DNA of 64,000 bases from Thermodesulfobacteriota bacterium (GTDB lineage: Bacteria > Desulfobacterota_D > UBA1144 > Nemesobacterales > UBA2774). A program made the position numbers and the translations under genes. The notes beneath the pieces are model-generated. The model searched no databases and was not told where the DNA came from. It was given only the letters and a program-made list of their open reading frames with translations. The stretch is from the NCBI GenBank assembly GCA_021604765.1, contig BQJP01000003.1, positions 14,081-78,080 on the forward strand, in the 5' to 3' direction. This document shows, piece by piece, positions 58,596 to 64,000 of this stretch (the stretch's first letter is position 1; every line of letters begins with the position of its first letter).

Positions 58596-59360
58596 TTAAC
58601 TGTCGAGCTGTTCATCTGTCTGTCTCTTAAAAAACTTTTGCACTATAGGGATATCCGAATTGTCTCTTAAATATTTAGGATCCCCGCTCGCAATGATTCC
58701 CTTCGTATCCTTATCTAGCATAATAACTCTATCAGCGATATTGTAAATACTATTTAGCTCATGTGTAACAATTACAAAAGTTACTCCAAGGCTTTTGGCA
58801 AGCTGGTTTATTAGCTGATCAAGCTCAGCTGAAGTAATCGGGTCAAGACCCGCAGAGGGCTCATCAAGGAATAGGATGTCGGGATCGAGTGCCATAGCTC
58901 TAGCTAATGCAGCACGTTTAATCATGCCTCCGCTAAGCTCTGATGGGCTTTTCTCCTCAGACCCGGTGAGGCCAACTAGGCTAAGTTTCATTCGAGCAAT
59001 CAGATCTATCGCATCTTTCTTAAGGTCAGTATATTCCTCCAAAGGAAGCATCACATTCTCTAATACTGTCATTGATCCAAACAATGCCCCAAGTTGATAA
59101 GCGACCCCTATATTCTTTAATATTTCGATTCGATCCTGACCATATGCTTTTGCTATGTCATCTCCTTCTATTAAGATGCTTCCGTGTGCTGGACGATAAA
59201 GTCCTATCATGTGTTTCAATAATGTTGACTTTCCACAACCCGAGCCGCCGAGTATGACAAATTTTTCTCCTTTTATTACATCAAAAGAAATATTGTCTAT
59301 TATTACGTTATCGCCGTAAGCTGCTGTGAATTCTTTTACGTTAATTATCTTTTTGTCCAT
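58596..59360 (-). CDS. mlaF: ABC transporter ATP-binding protein (MlaF-like)
   Basis: Walker A GGSGCGKST, ABC signature LSGGM, Walker B ILFLDEP. Start taken at MDKKIINV (59360) rather than the upstream ATG, to avoid overlapping the permease. Confidence 0.9.
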   Translation of the reverse strand: MDKKIINVKEFTAAYGDNVIIDNISFDVIKGEKFVILGGSGCGKSTLLKHMIGLYRPAHGSILIEGDDIAKAYGQDRIEILKNIGVAYQLGALFGSMTVLENVMLPLEEYTDLKKDAIDLIARMKLSLVGLTGSEEKSPSELSGGMIKRAALARAMALDPDILFLDEPSAGLDPITSAELDQLINQLAKSLGVTFVIVTHELNSIYNIADRVIMLDKDTKGIIASGDPKYLRDNSDIPIVQKFFKRQTDEQLDS

Positions 59361-59361
59361 C

Positions 59362-60510
59362 TTATATTCCCAAAATGTAATAAATGACTCCAAATATGCC
59401 GTCTACTACTATCATAAGCACTATACCAACAACAACAGCTCTAGTTGCCGCGTCTCCTACTGCTGAAGGTCCTTTGGCGGCTCTCATACCAGCCAAGCAG
59501 CCGACACCCGCGATAATAACTGCGAAAAAGAGAGTTTTGAAAAGCCCTGAAATTAACATTCCATAAGTGGCTGCAATTGTAAGCTGGTTTAGATATGTCT
59601 CAAGGGTAAAACCAAGTGAGAACATAACTACTAATCCCCCTAGCAGTCCAAACAAATTGCCGAATACAGTTAACAACGGCAGCATTAATAATGAAGCTAT
59701 CACTTTAGGAACAACAAGAAAAGGTACCGGGTCAAGTCCCATGGTATCTAGGGCGTCCAATTCTTCGTTTACCTTCATCGTACCAAGCTCGGCCGCAAAC
59801 GCCGATCCGCTCCTGCCATTTACTACAAATGCTGTCATTAGTGGTCCAAGCTCTTTGAAATATGCTATTACCAAGAGATCAGCCACAAATATCTGAGCTC
59901 CATACTGTTTCATAGGCACTGCGGATTGAAAAGCGATTACGAGTCCTACCAAGAAATTAACCAGGGCAATAATAAATAGAGCGTTAGCTCCAAATTTTTC
60001 GCACGTAATAAATACGTCCTTCCATCTGATTTTGTCAGGACGAAGTATGGCTTTAATCAGAGCTACCGTAACGCGGCCCGTAAAGATGATGTTTACCTGT
60101 ATTTCTTCCCAAGCTTCATAGCCCCATCTTCCGGCGGCTTCTATCTTGTTCTCGGTATGAATCGAATCTGAGACATCTGGTTCTTTTAATTGCTCAGCGT
60201 CAAAGAGTTTGTATAATTTATTTATTTCATCAGATAGCCCTTCAACTTTAAAGTTGCCACCCAATTGTTCTTGGCGTATCTGGAGATTTGTAAAAAATGC
60301 AATTCCAGCGGTATCGCAGTAATCTATTTCAGATCCATCTACAACAAGTTGACTAGGTTTTGCGGTTTTTATAGCTGTGAGCGAATCAGTCCATATTTTT
60401 GAAGTAGTATAGGCGTTTAGAGCGCCTTTAATCTTCAATTTGAGTGTACTATTATCCTCAGTGATTGTTTGTAGCGAAGGCGGTGAAGTAGTTGAGTGAG
60501 GTTTTGTCAT
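59362..60510 (-). CDS. mlaE: MlaE-family ABC permease with a fused N-terminal STAS (anti-sigma-antagonist-like, MlaB-type) domain
   Basis: The N-terminal roughly 110 aa are a STAS-like fold (LKLKIKGALN...LVVDGSEIDYCDTAGIAF). The C-terminal roughly 260 aa are an MlaE permease (5 TM). Confidence 0.8.
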   Translation of the reverse strand: MTKPHSTTSPPSLQTITEDNSTLKLKIKGALNAYTTSKIWTDSLTAIKTAKPSQLVVDGSEIDYCDTAGIAFFTNLQIRQEQLGGNFKVEGLSDEINKLYKLFDAEQLKEPDVSDSIHTENKIEAAGRWGYEAWEEIQVNIIFTGRVTVALIKAILRPDKIRWKDVFITCEKFGANALFIIALVNFLVGLVIAFQSAVPMKQYGAQIFVADLLVIAYFKELGPLMTAFVVNGRSGSAFAAELGTMKVNEELDALDTMGLDPVPFLVVPKVIASLLMLPLLTVFGNLFGLLGGLVVMFSLGFTLETYLNQLTIAATYGMLISGLFKTLFFAVIIAGVGCLAGMRAAKGPSAVGDAATRAVVVGIVLMIVVDGIFGVIYYILGI

Positions 60511-60606
60511 TAGAAGCCATCTAAGTTACTAATTTCTCTTGAAAACAATTGCCCTCTTTATAGATTTAAATGTGAGGTTAACATAGAATAATAAACAGAG
60601 TCAATT

Positions 60607-61665
60607 ATGAAAAAAAATACACCATTTGTCAGAAACTTAGATGCGTTCTTCCATCTTGAGGTATTTATAGTTTGCGCTGTGGTCTCTATTCTTATAATCC
60701 GTCTTTTCTTGTACATGACTGGTTATCCTCAATTAGGCAATAGCACCCTTCACATAGCTCATATGCTATGGGGTGGTCTACTTATGCTTGTAGCGATAAT
60801 CATGCTCTTTTCCTTCATAGGAAAGCAAGTTGAGATTTGGGCTGCAATTCTAGGGGGAATAGGGTTTGGAATGTTTATTGATGAAGTGGGCAAGTTTGTA
60901 ACAAGTGATAACGACTACTTCTTTGAACCGTCAATTTCAATAATGTATATCGTATTTGTCCTGATAATACTCTCAACTCGCACGATAAGGACTGGGTGGA
61001 CATTTAGCCGAAAAGAATATCTAGTAAATGCCTTGAAGGGGCTAGAGGAAGTTGCGCTTCAGGATCTTGATCAGGACGAGAAAGACAGGGTCATTAAATA
61101 CTTAGAAAAGAGTGACCCGGATAATACCCTTGTTCAATCTGTTAGGGAGCTTGTAAGTAGTTCAAAACTAGTGCCTGACTCAGAAGGTTTGTATAGCAGA
61201 TTAAAAACGGGACTGAAAAACTTTTATTCAAAAGTTGTAAACTACAAATATTTTCGATCAGCTATAGTGATTTTCTTTGTTGGTCAATTACTTTTCACGT
61301 TAGCTTATATCATTGTCTTTACATTTTTTATAGGGCTTGGCTGGGATAGTATTTTAAATATTAGAATCTTAGATAAGATTGCGGAAAAAACTCTTAATCT
61401 GACTTTTATAGATAAAGCTCAGATCTTCTCTTCCCTACTTTCGGGGGTGTTTGTCTTTCTGGGAGTGTATTATCTCCGTAAATCCAGGCTTCTTTCGTAT
61501 CAGATGTTTGAGCGATCTGTTTTAGTCTCAATACTTCTCACTTACGTTTTTATTTTTTATAAAGAACAGTTTGCCGCTTTAGCAGGTCTTAGCGTAAACA
61601 TATTAATATTGATAGCTCTGAATCTAATGATTAAAAATGAAGAAACTAAACCAAGTTCAGCTTAA
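60607..61665 (+). CDS. Hypothetical polytopic membrane protein
   Basis: Multiple hydrophobic helices with a central soluble loop; no motif recognised. Confidence 0.4.
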   Translation: MKKNTPFVRNLDAFFHLEVFIVCAVVSILIIRLFLYMTGYPQLGNSTLHIAHMLWGGLLMLVAIIMLFSFIGKQVEIWAAILGGIGFGMFIDEVGKFVTSDNDYFFEPSISIMYIVFVLIILSTRTIRTGWTFSRKEYLVNALKGLEEVALQDLDQDEKDRVIKYLEKSDPDNTLVQSVRELVSSSKLVPDSEGLYSRLKTGLKNFYSKVVNYKYFRSAIVIFFVGQLLFTLAYIIVFTFFIGLGWDSILNIRILDKIAEKTLNLTFIDKAQIFSSLLSGVFVFLGVYYLRKSRLLSYQMFERSVLVSILLTYVFIFYKEQFAALAGLSVNILILIALNLMIKNEETKPSSA

Positions 61666-62570
61666 ATTGCGCCGTGAAGGCTGTAGTAAAGAATTATGAA
61701 ATAGTAAGAAACGGGGAATACAAAAATTAGACTGTCAAATCTGTCTAGCACTCCGCCATGTCCTGGCACAATATCACCGGAGTCTTTTATTCCAGCGCCG
61801 CGTTTAATTGAAGATTCAACTAGATCGCCCAAAATTGCAGCAATTGCAACTAACAGTGCAAATGCTATCGTCCAGTCTGAACTAAGTGGGTTTCCAAAAA
61901 GATAATTTACTATGAGGCCTGAGATTATGCATACGACTATGCCGCCAATAGTCCCCTCTATAGTCTTACCCGGGCTGATTTTAGGGGCGAGTTTATGTTT
62001 TCCAATTAACGTTCCGGTGTAATAAGCTCCAGTGTCATTCAAGAATGTGCACGCGACAGCAAATACTACGAGAAAAAATCCCAGGTCTGATATTCCCTGA
62101 TTGTTTAATGCATAGGTTTTAATATTCTCATACTGATCAATGTTTCTTAAAAGAATTGCATGACTCAGGAGCCAGCCTAAATATATTACGCCAAATAGCG
62201 TAGCACCAATATTTGTGACTGTTTGACTGAAATCACCTTTTCTTAAATCTAAAATAAGAATTACTAGTACAATTGCTGTGAAACAGAAAGTGAAATAGTA
62301 ATAGCCCAGATAAGCGGTAATTCCCATTAACAAGGACGATATGATGCCAAGTATCTTTTCATTAGGAAGATTTTTTGATTCAAGCAGTTTCTGATACTCT
62401 ACTTGCCCTACTACTATTAAAACTAGGAAAAACAGGAGGTATATTACCCCTCCTAGTAAAAATATTATGTACAGTATGGGGACCGCAATAATAGCAGTCA
62501 GAAGCCTTTTTAGTGGGTTGCTCATGGTATTATTGTAGATATAATTTCCCTGAACTGCTTCATATTGCAA
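61662..62570 (-). CDS. cdsA: Phosphatidate cytidylyltransferase
   Basis: CdsA signature (ISPGKTIEGTIGG ... DRFDS), 8 TM. Confidence 0.85.
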   Translation of the reverse strand: MQYEAVQGNYIYNNTMSNPLKRLLTAIIAVPILYIIFLLGGVIYLLFFLVLIVVGQVEYQKLLESKNLPNEKILGIISSLLMGITAYLGYYYFTFCFTAIVLVILILDLRKGDFSQTVTNIGATLFGVIYLGWLLSHAILLRNIDQYENIKTYALNNQGISDLGFFLVVFAVACTFLNDTGAYYTGTLIGKHKLAPKISPGKTIEGTIGGIVVCIISGLIVNYLFGNPLSSDWTIAFALLVAIAAILGDLVESSIKRGAGIKDSGDIVPGHGGVLDRFDSLIFVFPVSYYFIILYYSLHGAI

Positions 62571-62596
62571 ATGATTTCTATAGTATAGGAAAATTT

Positions 62597-63361
62597 ATGG
62601 ATAAATCTCAACTTAAACCTATTTATGTTCCAAATGATGAGCCTATGAGTGTAACCGTTTTTTTATCGGGTTCAGGCACTAATTTTATAGCAATTCATGA
62701 AGAACAAAAAAGACTTGAAAGAGTTGGTGAAAAAAACTACGGAAAGGTAGATTTAGTATTTACAAATGTTCCTAACTGTAAAGGGGCTCAGCTAGCACAA
62801 GAATATGATATTCCCGTTGTTAATCTTAGTTCTAAGAAATTTTTTGAAATAATAGAAAAGGACCCCGATGATAATGAAAGCAGAGATTCTTATGACGCTG
62901 CAGTTATTGCTACTATTGAAGAATATTGTGACACGGATCTCATTGTCCTAGCTGGTTATAGAAGAAGGCTGAGTAGTAAGTTTTTAAATCGATACCATAA
63001 TAGAATTATTAATTTATATCCGGGTGATATTACCAAAGATTACCTTGTCAAGGGTACAGAAGCTTGGATTCAAGCGCTTTCTGCTGGTGAAGATTCAATT
63101 AAGTGCAGCGTATATATGGAAAGAGATAATGAGCGGTTTGGCTCAGCCATTTTGCAGTCGCAGCCGATTTCGCTTTCTGGTTTTGCAGAAAAAGATACTA
63201 TTTTAGCTAACGAAAGGATCAGACAAGAAGGTGAATGGATAATTTTCCCATATGCAGTTCATAATTTAATTGCAAAAGGTTGTTTAGCTGTGGATCAAGA
63301 AGACAATATATATTTAGAGGGTGTTAAATTAAGCAAAGAAGGACTTCAGTTCGGTAGCTAA
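62597..63361 (+). CDS. Formyltransferase-family (PurN-like) protein with possible His-to-Tyr substitution in the N-x-H catalytic motif
   Basis: N-terminal VFLSGSGTNFIAI (compare PurN VLISGNGSNLQAI) and VLAGYRRRLSSKFLNRYHNRIINLYPGD (compare [30 protein letters not shown]). Start taken at MDKSQ (62597) to avoid overlap with cdsA. Confidence 0.6.
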   Translation: MDKSQLKPIYVPNDEPMSVTVFLSGSGTNFIAIHEEQKRLERVGEKNYGKVDLVFTNVPNCKGAQLAQEYDIPVVNLSSKKFFEIIEKDPDDNESRDSYDAAVIATIEEYCDTDLIVLAGYRRRLSSKFLNRYHNRIINLYPGDITKDYLVKGTEAWIQALSAGEDSIKCSVYMERDNERFGSAILQSQPISLSGFAEKDTILANERIRQEGEWIIFPYAVHNLIAKGCLAVDQEDNIYLEGVKLSKEGLQFGS

Positions 63362-63368
63362 TTAAATA

Positions 63369-64000
63369 TTATCTGCCTTTAACTTTAGCCCAGGCATCTC
63401 TTAGTGTTACAGTTCTATTGAAAACTTGCTCACCATTTTTATAACTCATAGAGTCAACAGTGAAATATCCAATTCTTTCAAACTGATAGTTCTCGCCAGG
63501 TTTTGCTTCTGCAAGACTAGGTTCTAGATAACAATTATCAAGAACTTTTAAAGATTCAGGATTTAATAATTCTATAAAATCTTTTCCTTCTTTGTTGTGT
63601 TCAGGATCTGGCTCTGTGAATAATCTATCGTATAATTTGACTTCTCTTTTTAGTGCATGTTTAGCTGAAACCCAGTGGATAGTTGCTTTAACTTTTCTTC
63701 CGTCAGGTGAGTTTCCGCCTTTTGTTTCAGGATCATATGTACAGTGAAGTTCTATAACATTGCCCTCTTCATCTTTAATCACTTCGTTACAAGTAATAAA
63801 ATATGCATATCTAAATCTCACTTCTCTGCCAGGTGAGAGTCGGTAGAATTTTTTTGGAGGGTCCTCCATAAAATCGTCCCGTTCAATATAAAGCTCTTTT
63901 GAAAACGGCACTTTTCTCTTTCCGGCGCTTTCATCTTCAGGATTATTTATAGCATCTAGTTCTTCAGAGGAGTCTTCAGGGTAATTTGTAATAACAATTT
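63369..64000 (-). CDS. glnS: Glutamine--tRNA ligase, C-terminal (anticodon-binding) part; N-terminus beyond the window end
   Basis: The frame is open to position 64000. The sequence ...[32 protein letters not shown]...VKATIHWVS...[10 protein letters not shown] aligns with E. coli GlnS beta-barrel domains. Confidence 0.85.
   Translation of the reverse strand, partial: IVITNYPEDSSEELDAINNPEDESAGKRKVPFSKELYIERDDFMEDPPKKFYRLSPGREVRFRYAYFITCNEVIKDEEGNVIELHCTYDPETKGGNSPDGRKVKATIHWVSAKHALKREVKLYDRLFTEPDPEHNKEGKDFIELLNPESLKVLDNCYLEPSLAEAKPGENYQFERIGYFTVDSMSYKNGEQVFNRTVTLRDAWAKVKGR

Overview
AT-rich (~35-40% GC) bacterial chromosomal segment, probably from a marine Gram-negative lineage (delta-proteobacterium-like or candidate-phylum-like). 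The lineage guess is inference only. About 60 tightly packed genes were found. No rRNA, tRNA, CRISPR, transposase or integrase was seen. There is no obvious mobile element or defence island. The most novel candidates are listed in the findings below.

Core blocks, in order: a partial HDAC/AcuC-family gene; folC; fur, with a Fur-box-like palindrome upstream; a long minus-strand housekeeping operon ftsH-folP-cdaA-cdaR-glmM-pdxJ (the c-di-AMP synthase module); cysK; mrcA (PBP1A); comEA; the lactate-utilisation operon lutABC; ileS; a complete pyruvate dehydrogenase operon aceE-aceF-lpdA whose last gene encodes an unusual kinase-like/GNAT protein; a divergent second lpd plus lipB; a PQQ-type sugar dehydrogenase; a Y-family DNA polymerase; an MCE/Mla-type lipid transporter cluster (STAS-MlaE fusion, MlaF, MlaD, PqiC-like lipoprotein); cdsA; a PurN-like formyltransferase; and a partial glnS.

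Interspersed are GC-richer patches (about 15.8-17.8 kb and 21.8-28.7 kb) carrying detoxification and redox genes: nitroreductase, VOC, TetR, isochorismatase-family hydrolases, MATE, SDRs, and a cNMP-domain TrxR-like flavoprotein that lacks the CxxC disulfide. A YVTN beta-propeller protein in this patch ends in an IPTL-CTERM-like sorting signal.

Other points of interest are short repeats in intergenic regions and a duplicated 3'-end fragment of the TrxR-like gene just downstream of the neighbouring SDR gene. I found no clear-cut, self-contained novel system.
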